Part shown: piece after piece, positions 28,033 to 37,515 of the stretch | Numbering within the stretch: the first letter of the stretch is position 1 | Layout: every line of letters starts with the position of its first letter | Source: a virus | Length of the DNA: 64,000 bases | IMG/VR virus record: IMGVR_UViG_3300042198_000079 | Location: 32,001 to 96,000 of that record | Reading direction: 5' to 3' (one strand) | Position numbers and translations under genes: made by a program | The notes under the pieces: generated by a model | What the model was told of the DNA's origin: nothing | The model's input: the letters and a program-made list of their open reading frames with translations, nothing else | Database searches by the model: none

Positions 28033-28986
28033 ATGGGATGTGTTCCAACAATAAATATAAATTTAAACTTACCTTTTCTTTCTATTCCAAAAGCTATATT
28101 ATCTATTCTTGGAAAAATTTATGGGTTTGTTAATGGAATTATAAATTTTGCACAAAATTTTATAAAAAGTATAGTAGGAATTTTAAAAAGCATTGTTGAT
28201 AAATTTAAAGAAGCATTAAAAAATATTAAAAATTTAATTCCTAATTTGATTAAATCTTTGAAAAGTATTTTTAATCTTAAAAATATAAAAGTTAAACTTA
28301 ATATTTTTTTAGGATCTTGTGATGTATTGGGAGCATTAAACTCAAAAGTTAAAGATTTTTTAAATAAATATGCAATAACATCTTTTAGAGATTTTGTTTC
28401 TAAATTGGGTTTATCCGATTTTTCCAAAATAGTAAACAGTATTCTTAACGTAGATGTTATATTACAAAATAAGTTAAATGAATTATTAAGAAATCTAGAA
28501 TCTTTTGCTCGTATACCCGGAATTCCGGGTATAGCAAGTGTTACGTTTGAATGTGTTGGACTACAACCAACATTAGGTTCTGGATATTATCAAGACTGGT
28601 TATCTATTGCCGGAATGGAAATGCCGCAATTAAAATTACCAGAATGTAGAGATGATTCTGTTCCTTGTAGTTTTCCTGATAAATTAAAAGATGATTTAGC
28701 AAATAAAAAAAGACAAGATCTAGTAGACGATATTAATAAAAAAGTAGATTTAGGAATTTTGCCGGATTCGCCTTTTTTAAAAACTGTTAAAAATTATTTT
28801 TACAGTAGATATAATCTACAAAGAAAGAAATATAGAACAGACGAAAATGGATTTATTATAGAAGGTGTAGACGATATTAATATATCTAATGTTTCAAATG
28901 TTCAACTATCAGCAAAACCAATCGTCAGTGCTTCTACAAGTTCTATGTATGTTTCTGGTGATTTGACGTTTGATGGAAAATGTTAA
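28033..28986 (+). CDS. Late amphipathic helical protein, possibly baseplate/spike-associated
   Basis: TATAAATA at 28014; amphipathic Leu/Ile/Lys helices; follows the gp5-like gene. Confidence 0.55.
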   Translation: MGCVPTININLNLPFLSIPKAILSILGKIYGFVNGIINFAQNFIKSIVGILKSIVDKFKEALKNIKNLIPNLIKSLKSIFNLKNIKVKLNIFLGSCDVLGALNSKVKDFLNKYAITSFRDFVSKLGLSDFSKIVNSILNVDVILQNKLNELLRNLESFARIPGIPGIASVTFECVGLQPTLGSGYYQDWLSIAGMEMPQLKLPECRDDSVPCSFPDKLKDDLANKKRQDLVDDINKKVDLGILPDSPFLKTVKNYFYSRYNLQRKKYRTDENGFIIEGVDDINISNVSNVQLSAKPIVSASTSSMYVSGDLTFDGKC

Positions 28987-29228
28987 TTCCAAAAGTAATT
29001 TGTTGCAATAATTCCTTCTACGATTTTTAGAAAATCGAATGGATTGCCAATAATTCCAGAATAATCTGCTCTGATTTTTTCTAAATCATCAGAAATATCT
29101 GCCAAAATTTCTGGACGACATTGAATATTATAATCCGTATCTAAATCTTCGCTTAAAGCCTTGAGTTCTTTTTCGTTTAAAGAAAGACAAAATGCACTGT
29201 AGTTTTCATTATTATTTTCCATATCCAT
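28983..29228 (-). CDS. Hypothetical acidic early protein
   Basis: Preceded by TTGACA-N17-TACCAT. Confidence 0.55.
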   Translation of the reverse strand: MDMENNNENYSAFCLSLNEKELKALSEDLDTDYNIQCRPEILADISDDLEKIRADYSGIIGNPFDFLKIVEGIIATNYFWN

Positions 29229-29261
29229 ATAATCATATGGTAATATAATGTTGTTGGAATG

Positions 29262-29477
29262 TCAATGTTTTTTTGTTGTTTCTTTATATTTTTTTATTCG
29301 ATCTATATAAATTTTTCTTTGTTCTGATAATTTTACATATTCATCAGAAACTAGATAATTTATTCCAATTCTTGCAATAAATGGATCTTTTGTTATTTCT
29401 TGCCAAGTTGGTTCTGGGGGAAGATTTGTTACACAACCGCTCAAAAATAAACACAATAAAATAATACTATTTTTCAT
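29262..29477 (-). CDS. Lipoprotein, putative o-spanin
   Basis: MKNSIILLCLFLSG|C lipobox followed by a Pro-rich segment. Confidence 0.65.
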   Translation of the reverse strand: MKNSIILLCLFLSGCVTNLPPEPTWQEITKDPFIARIGINYLVSDEYVKLSEQRKIYIDRIKKYKETTKKH

Positions 29478-29670
29478 TATTATATAATTTATTTAATTCA
29501 TCTAGATTTCCGTCATCTATAAACTTGTCAATTTCTTTTTTCTTTTTCTTTATTGCTTCTATTTCTTTAAAATCGGATATTCCTTTTTTAATACTTTCCG
29601 TGAGATTTAAAACTAATCTAATCAATGTTATTAACATTGATATAAATTTAATTAAATTTATAATATTCAT
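29467..29670 (-). CDS. Small membrane protein, putative i-spanin-like (start MNIIN at 29670)
   Basis: N-terminal hydrophobic helix plus coiled coil; overlaps the lipoprotein start; TAAATA box upstream. Confidence 0.5.
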   Translation of the reverse strand: MNIINLIKFISMLITLIRLVLNLTESIKKGISDFKEIEAIKKKKKEIDKFIDDGNLDELNKLYNNEK

Positions 29671-29707
29671 AATATTATTTATATTAAAAACTCTATAAAT
29701 ATAATTA

Positions 29708-30607
29708 ATGAACAAAAAAGATAAAAATAAAAAATGTTTATCTCCAACTAGTTTTAGTGATTTTACAGGAGATTCTGTTGTTTCAAAAAATAAAATTTGG
29801 GATAAAAACAAAATTTTAAAAGTTGGTTTTTTAAACGGAACAGATTTACAAAAACAAAAAGTTCAAAAAACAATTGAAGAAAAATTAATTCCATTTATTT
29901 CTTTAAAGTTTGAATGGAACACGAATGTACACCAATCTGAAATACGAATAGGTTTTGATAAAAACGAAGGGGCATGGTCATATGTCGGTATTGAAAATTT
30001 AAATATAGAATCTCCTAGAAAAACCATGAATTTAGAATGGCAAGACGAATCTGTTATACTTCATGAATTTATGCACTCTATTGGATTTGAACATGAAATG
30101 GGCAATCCTTTAGGAAAACCAATACAATGGAACAAAGAAAAAGTTTACGAAGATATGGCAAAACCTCCTAACAATTGGGATAGAGAAAGAGTAGATTCAA
30201 ATATATTTATTAGATTAGATCCTGATAATATTTCAGGAACGGATTTTGATAAAGATAGTATTATGTTATATCCAGTTCCTGCTGAATGGACATTGGATGG
30301 TTTTTATTCAATGCATAACAAAGAATTATCCGAATTGGATAAGAAAAAACTACAAGAAACATATCCAAAAGAAAACCAATCTTTACCGGTGTATAATTTA
30401 TTTACAGGACAAAATGTTATTGTTGCTTCTGATGATCAAACTTCTATGAAAAATATTTTAAGAAGCGTATTTCCTAATAAAATTTATGTTCAAAGATTGT
30501 GGACAAGTAATCTCATTAGTTTAGCAAATACGCTAGGTGGATCTTTTGATCAACAAACTCCAAAACATGTTTTATATTCTTTCATATATGACAAATTAGA
30601 AATTTAA
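29708..30607 (+). CDS. Astacin-like (M12A) zinc metalloprotease
   Basis: GAWSYVG, HEFMHSIGFEHE, DSIMLY Met-turn, LSELDK. Confidence 0.88.
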   Translation: MNKKDKNKKCLSPTSFSDFTGDSVVSKNKIWDKNKILKVGFLNGTDLQKQKVQKTIEEKLIPFISLKFEWNTNVHQSEIRIGFDKNEGAWSYVGIENLNIESPRKTMNLEWQDESVILHEFMHSIGFEHEMGNPLGKPIQWNKEKVYEDMAKPPNNWDRERVDSNIFIRLDPDNISGTDFDKDSIMLYPVPAEWTLDGFYSMHNKELSELDKKKLQETYPKENQSLPVYNLFTGQNVIVASDDQTSMKNILRSVFPNKIYVQRLWTSNLISLANTLGGSFDQQTPKHVLYSFIYDKLEI

Positions 30608-30640
30608 TTTTTTGTCTTTGAAAACATAAGTAATAAATAT

Positions 30641-33600
30641 ATGGCTAGTTTGAAATCGCCGGGGATTTGTGTAAAAATAAGTGAGGAAGTTCTTAATATT
30701 CGTAATGAACAAGGAACTAAAATTTTAATTAATGGATTTACTCCAAAAGGAGATGCATATAGTCCAAAATATATTAATTCATTAAATGAATTTGAATTGG
30801 AATTTGGTCTTCCGTCAGAACCAGTAGAAAGATATTCTTATTTAGCAGTAAGAGAATCTTTAGAAGCAGGTGCTGATGTTTTGTTTACTAGATTACCATA
30901 CGGAAGCGGAGCAGGTGTTTTAAACCAAGAAGAATATACTGCATTGGTGTTTCCCGTGATTGGTTTAAGTGCAGGAGAAATTGATGTTTGTAATTGGTTT
31001 TCTAATCTTACTCAAGAAGAATATTTGGAAAAATTTCCTTGGATTTATGATGCAAATGAATTTTTATTAAAGGATTACAAGTTAGGATCTTCTAATTTGT
31101 TGTGTGATTTAAATGCAACTTCAGAACCTTCCGGTGTTCTTGTTATGCACAATTATCCTGTTCCTTCAACTGGTGCATTAAAACAAATTAAATTTAGAGG
31201 AGAACCAATAAGTGGAAGCGGCGACGATTCTGTAGCAGAACCTCTTAAATTCTTTACCATGCGTCAAGTTTCTGCAAATAGCTGGAAAGTTATTAGCGTT
31301 ATTGACCAAACACTCATTCCTTCACTTTCCAGTGATGAAACTTTAAATAGAGATGTTGATGGTAATTATGTGTTTAACATACCCGGAAGTGGTTTACAAA
31401 TGGAAAAAGGTGATATTGTGGCACACTATGCACAATATAGTGTTTTAAAATATTATCCTTCTACTCAAAGTATTAAAGGTAAATCTACAATAGTTCCCGG
31501 ATCTGGTCTTTCTGCTACTTTAGCAGAAAACTTCGTTCTTACTTCTCAAGAACTTCAAACCGTAGGAGAAGAATATCTTCTTAATTTTACGTTTGTTCCC
31601 GAAGTTTCTGGATTAGATTGTTTTACTCTTGTTAATTCTGGATTAAAAATTCCAGAACAATTTAGATATCAAACTTCAGTTCTTCCCGGCGATGCACGAT
31701 TGGAAGATGCTGATTATTATTTGCTTGGTCAACCCAAACAAATAACCTTGAACGAAGAACAATACAAAAACCTCAACGAAGGTAAGTTTAGTTGGGAATG
31801 TGGCGCACTTGCTAATAGTATTCCAGATTTAGATTTGGATAATGGAAGTGTCCGTGGTGGTATTATTGTTGTTGATGAACTTCGTGAAAAGGTTTGCGAT
31901 GATCACACTGGATGGTATATTGGTGTTACAGACAATACTAATTTTAATCCTACTACTGACTTTAAATCATTTACTGGTATATATGGAAGATTCCAAACAA
32001 CTTGTAATGGTGTTAGCGGAAGCTGGACCGAAGTTCCTGAAGAAAGATGGAACTTCAAGACTTGGAACCTTTATGGGGAATTGGCAAGCTTGTCAGAAGC
32101 AGTTGAAAGATATGCACCTTCCCAGTTTGGAACCGAAGTATACAACGATCATTTAAATGTTACATTGTGGAAATTGACTCCAGATTCTTCTGGGAACATG
32201 ATAAAATTAAACGCAGAATTGTGGGAAACTCATTCTGGTAGTTTAAATTCAAATAGAAAGGAAACAAACACTTCTGGTGAAAGTTTTGTTAATTTGTTCT
32301 TGCCGGAAGTTGTAAGAAGAAATAATTCTAGATTGAAAATTTTCGTTAATAAATTCTTGTCTGAAAGAAATTGTTGGAACAATGATCAAACTGGTCTTCC
32401 CAAAAAGAGAGTTAGAATGGTCAATGGTTCTACTTTTGTTTCTCAAGAAGGATTAGATCCACAAGAACAAATGCAAGGTTATGCAGACAATCTTTTTGGA
32501 TTAGCAAGTTGTGGTATAACTTGTGAACAAAGATTCTTAAACGAATGTCATACAAAAGACATAGGAAATCTTCCTATAAAATTACAAATAGCACTGAGAG
32601 GTGTGGAAAACCCGGAAATATATGATATTGATCTTTCTGTTGATGCTGGATTGTCTACTGTTTGGGCAACCAGAAACAGTGTGGAAGCATCTAACTGCGA
32701 TGTTTGTAGAGACGATTCTTACATTTTCGATGACAATGTTTATGTAAATCTTGGATTCTTAAATGATTATGAAGGACTGAATGTTCTTACTCCAGCAAAA
32801 GCCGGATGGGATACTATATACAGAATTTTCAGAACTTTTGCAGAAGATCAAAGAGTTATTAACTGCGGTGTTCCAATTTTCCACATTCAAGATCCTTTAA
32901 GACAAATATTCGTAAATGGAAAATTCCGTACATTTGATAACAAAAAGGTCATTGTTTCTACCTCAGAAACGATGGGTAAAACTTTTGCTAGAACTATATG
33001 GGCACCATTGAAAAATTTATTAGAAGGTGTTAGTAGTCCATATGTTGGTGTTTGGGCAAACTGGTTACAAGCCTATAATGCTTTTGATGACACTGTGTTT
33101 TGGGCACCTAGTTCTCCTTTTGTTGCTGCAATGTTAGCACGAAATGACGAAAATGGACCACAAAGAGTTGGAACTGCTCCTTTTGGATTATCTAATGGCG
33201 AAATTAGAAATGTTATTGGAGGTCAGGCTGGATTAGCAATAAATCCTTATCAAAAAGAAAGAGATAAACTTGCTGAAATATCCGCTAACCCGATTATATA
33301 CATAAGAAACGAAGGAGCTATTTATTCCTTTAACCATAAAACTACTTTGAGATCTGAATATGCATTAAGATCTAGAGTTCCTGTTAGTAGAGTTTTCATC
33401 GAACTTGCAAAACAAGGACAAGAAATCGCATATGGATTCTTGAATCAACCCAATACTATAATTACTAGAACTAATCTTAGAAGTGCTATTGAAACCCGAT
33501 TGAAAATTTATAAAGACAATGGGGTTTTAGAAAAATACAGAATTGTCATGACATCTGGCGACGATGGTCAAGTCGGAGGACTCAAAAAGAGATTGAATGT

Positions 33601-33694
33601 GTTTATCTACTTGACATTCTCTGGATGGGTCGAAGAAATTGTTCTTAACTTTATAGGAACAGACGAAGGAGTTACGGTTGAAACTTTAGAATAA
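30641..33694 (+). CDS. gp18: Tail sheath protein gp18-like (1017 aa)
   Basis: LKSPGICVK, GFTPKG...P..I.S..EF...FG.P, WAPSS.FVA, APFGLSNG, ERDKL....ANPI, KTT......L.SRVPV.R. Confidence 0.93.
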   Translation: MASLKSPGICVKISEEVLNIRNEQGTKILINGFTPKGDAYSPKYINSLNEFELEFGLPSEPVERYSYLAVRESLEAGADVLFTRLPYGSGAGVLNQEEYTALVFPVIGLSAGEIDVCNWFSNLTQEEYLEKFPWIYDANEFLLKDYKLGSSNLLCDLNATSEPSGVLVMHNYPVPSTGALKQIKFRGEPISGSGDDSVAEPLKFFTMRQVSANSWKVISVIDQTLIPSLSSDETLNRDVDGNYVFNIPGSGLQMEKGDIVAHYAQYSVLKYYPSTQSIKGKSTIVPGSGLSATLAENFVLTSQELQTVGEEYLLNFTFVPEVSGLDCFTLVNSGLKIPEQFRYQTSVLPGDARLEDADYYLLGQPKQITLNEEQYKNLNEGKFSWECGALANSIPDLDLDNGSVRGGIIVVDELREKVCDDHTGWYIGVTDNTNFNPTTDFKSFTGIYGRFQTTCNGVSGSWTEVPEERWNFKTWNLYGELASLSEAVERYAPSQFGTEVYNDHLNVTLWKLTPDSSGNMIKLNAELWETHSGSLNSNRKETNTSGESFVNLFLPEVVRRNNSRLKIFVNKFLSERNCWNNDQTGLPKKRVRMVNGSTFVSQEGLDPQEQMQGYADNLFGLASCGITCEQRFLNECHTKDIGNLPIKLQIALRGVENPEIYDIDLSVDAGLSTVWATRNSVEASNCDVCRDDSYIFDDNVYVNLGFLNDYEGLNVLTPAKAGWDTIYRIFRTFAEDQRVINCGVPIFHIQDPLRQIFVNGKFRTFDNKKVIVSTSETMGKTFARTIWAPLKNLLEGVSSPYVGVWANWLQAYNAFDDTVFWAPSSPFVAAMLARNDENGPQRVGTAPFGLSNGEIRNVIGGQAGLAINPYQKERDKLAEISANPIIYIRNEGAIYSFNHKTTLRSEYALRSRVPVSRVFIELAKQGQEIAYGFLNQPNTIITRTNLRSAIETRLKIYKDNGVLEKYRIVMTSGDDGQVGGLKKRLNVFIYLTFSGWVEEIVLNFIGTDEGVTVETLE

Positions 33695-33736
33695 AAAATA
33701 GGTAAAGACAAATCATAAAACCAAAAAACCGTTATC

Positions 33737-33763
33737 AACCCGCACATAAAGTGCGGGTTTTTT
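33737..33763 (+). terminator. Intrinsic terminator after the sheath gene
   Basis: AACCCGCAC-ATAAA-GTGCGGGTT followed by a T-run. Confidence 0.85.
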
Positions 33764-33803
33764 GTAGAGAAAAACTAAAAATATGAAAAAGTTAACACAC
33801 AAC

Positions 33804-34046
33804 TTAATTAAATTTTAGCTTGAATCTATCCTCTTTAGGCAGATTGAACATACAATCGTTTTTATCTGCCCTGATTTCTGGGTTACTTTCATTTTTCTTT
33901 CTCAAAAGCGGTAAAATTTCCTCTGTTAGATTTTTAGTAATCGTTTGCAATTGGTAAACAGAATCCATCAAAACTTTTTGACGATGTTCAAATTTTTGGA
34001 TTTTTTCGCTGAGTAGTTCCAATTCTTGAAGTAGTTCTTCGTTCAT
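33804..34046 (-). CDS. Coiled-coil early protein (start MNEEL at 34046)
   Basis: Heptad pattern; TTGACA-N16-TATGAT promoter with TG extension at 34056-34083. Confidence 0.6.
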   Translation of the reverse strand: MNEELLQELELLSEKIQKFEHRQKVLMDSVYQLQTITKNLTEEILPLLRKKNESNPEIRADKNDCMFNLPKEDRFKLKFN

Positions 34047-34113
34047 CTTGATGTGATCATACCACAAAAAAACACATTGTCAACGATTTTTTTTAAAAAA
34101 ATATTTAATGACG

Positions 34114-34121
34114 TATAAATA
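34114..34121 (+). promoter_or_regulatory. T4-type late promoter TATAAATA for the major capsid gene
   Basis: Exact T4 gp55 consensus; a gp55 homolog is encoded in this window. Confidence 0.8.
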
Positions 34122-34211
34122 AATTTGTATAGTCGCAAACCAATTTGTGAAAATACGAAATTACGGAAAACATTTTTGTGGTCCGTGAAACCAAAAACCC
34201 AAAATAAAAAT

Positions 34212-35738
34212 ATGTTATTAGACGAAAGTTATCAAGGTTCGGTATCCAAGGCAAAAATGCTCACTGCCAAATGGCGGGAAGTTCTTGACCACGAAGATGC
34301 CGGAAGTCGCAGAATTGAAGATCCATATCTTCGTTATTGTACAGCTCAAATTCTCGAAAACCAAGCAGATTGGTTTAAGAAAAAGGGAATGTTGAGATTT
34401 AATGGTGGTCGTGGAGTTCAAAGATTGAACGAAGCAGGACTTGGAAACAATGATATTTATACCTCTTATGGTAATCCCGGATACAATGTCGGTGCAAATG
34501 GCGGAGATGTTCCTGCCAATAACGACTTTTATGCTCCGGGCGATGCTCGTATCCCGACTACGTTGATCCCGATGTTAAGACGTACGTTCCCTTCGTTGAT
34601 CACGCACGAAATTGCTGGTGTTCAACCTATGGACGGACCCTTAGCACTCATTTGGGCATTACGTTATCGTTATGATGGCGAAAACCTTGCTTGCTTCTCT
34701 CCTGATGGTGGTTGCAGCATGAATGCTCCTGCTGTTAGCAGTGCCCCTTGGAGAGCGCACAGTTATCAAGAAGCGGGTAATCCTGCTTACTTGAATACTG
34801 CTCACACTGGTGTTATTAACAATAGCCTTAGTGGTATTGGTGTTGTTGGTCAATCTACCTCTGGTAGTAATTTCGACAGTCTTCCGTTTGAAATGGGTGT
34901 TGCAGAACAATTGTTAAATTGGGAAAGCAAAACTAATTTCCCGCAAATGAAGTTTACCCTTGAAAAGACTGCTGTTGAAGCAGGTACTAGAAGGCTTGCT
35001 ACCAAGTGGCCTCTTGAAGCTGAACAAGACTTGGGTGCAATGAATCGTTTGGATATTCGTCAGGAAATGACCAATATCATGGCATACGAATTACAAGCGG
35101 AAATTGACCGTGAAATTGTCATTCGTATGAGAAACATTGCTTTGCAAGCTGGTCAAGGTATCGCAAATGGGTATTCCTTGTGGAGTCCTTGTAGTGCTGA
35201 TGGTCGTCACTTTGCAGAACGTGGTGTTGATTTGTATGCTCGTATCGTGCAAATCGCAAACATCATGACTGTCAAGACCAGACGTGGTCCTGCTAACTTC
35301 TTGATTGTTACCCCTACGGTTGCAACCATTCTCCAAACTTTGGATAATTATACTTTGTATAATATCAATCACACTCTTCCTCAAACCCAATCTTTTGGTA
35401 TTACCAAGATTGGTACCTTGGGTGGTGAGTTTACTGTTTACAGAGATGTTCACACCGAAGCTCAGTGGGTTCAAGGTCAAAGACCTAATCGTATTGATTA
35501 TATCCTTCTTGGATACAAGGGACGTGAGTTCTGGGATACTGGATTGGTTTATGCTCCGTATATTCCAATTACTATCCAAGAAACCATTGGACCAAACGAT
35601 GGTGCTGCTAGAATTCTCATGATGACTCGCTATGCGGTAGCGGAATCGATTTGGGGGTCCAGTAACTTCTATCATGTTCTGATTTTGAAGGGTCTTGGTC
35701 AAGCATGTGGAGTTAACGGTCCTGTGTATATGGGCTAA
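34212..35738 (+). CDS. gp23: Major capsid protein gp23 (probable start MLLDE at 34212)
   Basis: ILENQ, LIPMLRRTFPSLI.HEIAGVQPMDGP, VEAGTRRLATKW..EAEQDL, AEIDREI, TRRGPANF, GYKG...WDTGLVYAPYIP; LNE|A maturation site. Confidence 0.97.
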   Translation: MLLDESYQGSVSKAKMLTAKWREVLDHEDAGSRRIEDPYLRYCTAQILENQADWFKKKGMLRFNGGRGVQRLNEAGLGNNDIYTSYGNPGYNVGANGGDVPANNDFYAPGDARIPTTLIPMLRRTFPSLITHEIAGVQPMDGPLALIWALRYRYDGENLACFSPDGGCSMNAPAVSSAPWRAHSYQEAGNPAYLNTAHTGVINNSLSGIGVVGQSTSGSNFDSLPFEMGVAEQLLNWESKTNFPQMKFTLEKTAVEAGTRRLATKWPLEAEQDLGAMNRLDIRQEMTNIMAYELQAEIDREIVIRMRNIALQAGQGIANGYSLWSPCSADGRHFAERGVDLYARIVQIANIMTVKTRRGPANFLIVTPTVATILQTLDNYTLYNINHTLPQTQSFGITKIGTLGGEFTVYRDVHTEAQWVQGQRPNRIDYILLGYKGREFWDTGLVYAPYIPITIQETIGPNDGAARILMMTRYAVAESIWGSSNFYHVLILKGLGQACGVNGPVYMG

Positions 35739-35772
35739 TAACTCCCTGTAAATCAAAGAGTTACAACTAATT

Positions 35773-35808
35773 AACAAACCGTAAGACAAAATCTTACGGT
35801 TTGTTTTT
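35773..35808 (+). terminator. Intrinsic terminator after gp23
   Basis: AACAAACCGTAAGA / TCTTACGGTTTGTT stem plus T-run. Confidence 0.85.
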
Positions 35809-35865
35809 GTAATTTAATGGTATGCCGTCTCTGCGAGCATTTGGATTTAGATGGTTCTATGTCAA

Positions 35866-35894
35866 TTGACACAACAACTCTGATACAGTATAAT
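35866..35894 (+). promoter_or_regulatory. Perfect sigma70 promoter TTGACA-N17-TATAAT
   Basis: Exact consensus. Confidence 0.8.
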
Positions 35895-35908
35895 GCCGTA
35901 TTACTATT

Positions 35909-36107
35909 ATGAAAAAAGAAGAAATAGAAACTTGGAAAAAACACTTTCAAAAATTCAATAAAGCGACGTTTATGAAGCATAAATAACAAAAGTTAAAGGA
36001 TCACATATATGATTCAAAATTAACAGAATATCAAAATATGAAAAAATAATGGATATAAGCGCATTTATGATTGTGGAAAGAAAAAATACATATTTGAAGT
36101 AAAATAA
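35909..36107 (+). pseudogene. Remnant of a Hef-like homing endonuclease
   Basis: NKATFMKHK*QKLKDHIYDSKLTEYQNMK(+1 nt)NNGYKRIYDCGKKKYIFEVK matches the C-terminal KHKL..YD..LTE..NM..NGY.RIYDCG pattern. Confidence 0.7.
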
Positions 36108-36108
36108 A

Positions 36109-36142
36109 GAAAAGGGGGAGACGTTTTAGTCTCCCCCTTTTC
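36109..36142. terminator. Bidirectional intrinsic terminator
   Basis: GAAAAGGGGGAGAC / GTCTCCCCCTTTTC. Confidence 0.88.
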
Positions 36143-36153
36143 TCATCCCTATA

Positions 36154-36591
36154 TTAACTTAATTTATAAGTCTTTATATTTTCTCTTTCTCTTTTTGATC
36201 TGGGAACCAACACTTCTAATACTCCATCAGTATATTTAAATGATATATTGTCAATATCATAATCTTGACCAACAGAAAACGATCTATTATATGTATATTC
36301 TTTTTTCCCGTCTTTTGATACAATTTGTCTTTTGCCGGAAATATATACTTCTCTAGAAACAGAATTAGACTTTAGTTCCATTTCATCTTTAGGAACACCC
36401 GGAAGGTCAATTTGAACAGTTAAACCATCTTCATTAGAAGAAAATCTAACTTGATCTCCAGTTTTATATATTTGTTCCAAGTTATGAAATACTGGAACCC
36501 GATTAAATTCACTGAATAATCGATCCATTTCGATTAACAATGCATTTTGTGGTAATTGTGGTGATTGACGATTTAGTTTATATTTGTCCAT
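36154..36591 (-). CDS. Small heat shock protein Hsp20
   Basis: IDLPGVPKDE, ISGKR, YNRSF, YTDGVLEVLVPR. Confidence 0.9.
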   Translation of the reverse strand: MDKYKLNRQSPQLPQNALLIEMDRLFSEFNRVPVFHNLEQIYKTGDQVRFSSNEDGLTVQIDLPGVPKDEMELKSNSVSREVYISGKRQIVSKDGKKEYTYNRSFSVGQDYDIDNISFKYTDGVLEVLVPRSKRERENIKTYKLS

Positions 36592-36690
36592 GGTTTTTTG
36601 TAATTAGTTAGTTAAAATGTAGTTTGTTTTAGTTACAAACTACAAAAATATTTATACTACAAACAATCTATCTTGTCAAGACATGTTTTT

Positions 36691-37443
36691 TTAGTTAAAT
36701 ATGATTTCTACACCGAGTAAATGGGCATCGTGACCGTAAGTATCGCCGGATGCAGTAGCATTTCGGTAGATTTGGAATAATATCGGTGTGTTTGCTGCTG
36801 GTGTTCCTGCAATAGTAACTGCATTTGTTGCTGATGTAATGTGCATATCGTTCAGGGCAAGGAGAGTATCAGTTACCGTTTGTGCGTTACCAAATGAGGT
36901 ATCCAGTGCATCGTGATTTGCGAATGCACGACCTTGAATACTCCAGACGACATCATCATTACCGTCCCCAACTCCACTTGCCGTCCAATAAAATCGGGAA
37001 GTTATGGTAGAATTATTGTAGTTGTTTGGAAGGATGACAACAGCTTGGGCAAATTCGTTTGTAGTTGCATCGAAAAGAAGCTCATCCCAATTTGTGTGGT
37101 TAATAGGAAGTTCACGAGAATTCACTCTACATCCATTGGTTTTACGAGGAACCCATGTGTTTGCATTAATCCAAATGTTTGTTGCACCGAAATGACTACT
37201 TAATGAATTGAAATTTATTAGTAAATTATCTACTTCTACTTCAAGGGCACTTAAACTACCAGAATCGGAAAATTCATCAACTATATCAACAACATCTTCT
37301 ACTCTATAACTTCTTGGTCCTCCGTCAGAACTTTCTCCTGATATTATTTCAGAAGCTGTAACGAGAGGAGGAACTTCATATCTTCCCGGTGATCTCATTC
37401 CAGCTAATGGATCATAATAAGGATCATTTGACTCGTTACTCAT
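36691..37443 (-). CDS. Tail fibre/decoration protein with a C-terminal beta-sandwich receptor-binding-like domain
   Basis: TATAAATA 6 nt before ATG 37443; NIWI...W.P..TNG...E......LLFD....EFAQ...VTIAGTPA...FQIYR...DA.LLGV resembles phage fibre-tip domains. Confidence 0.6.
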   Translation of the reverse strand: MSNESNDPYYDPLAGMRSPGRYEVPPLVTASEIISGESSDGGPRSYRVEDVVDIVDEFSDSGSLSALEVEVDNLLINFNSLSSHFGATNIWINANTWVPRKTNGCRVNSRELPINHTNWDELLFDATTNEFAQAVVILPNNYNNSTITSRFYWTASGVGDGNDDVVWSIQGRAFANHDALDTSFGNAQTVTDTLLALNDMHITSATNAVTIAGTPAANTPILFQIYRNATASGDTYGHDAHLLGVEIIFN

Positions 37444-37515
37444 ATACAATATTTATACATATATTTTATATTTTAAAACCAATTATCGATAAATAACAAA
37501 GATAAATAAATTTAA

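Noticed and set aside
34125-34211. 29-aa N-terminal extension of gp23 from a TTG start
   Set aside because: More consistent with a 5' leader between TATAAATA and ATG 34212.
35091-35789. 232-aa antisense ORF over gp23
   Set aside because: Shadow of the strong codon bias in the capsid gene; no motifs and no convincing promoter.
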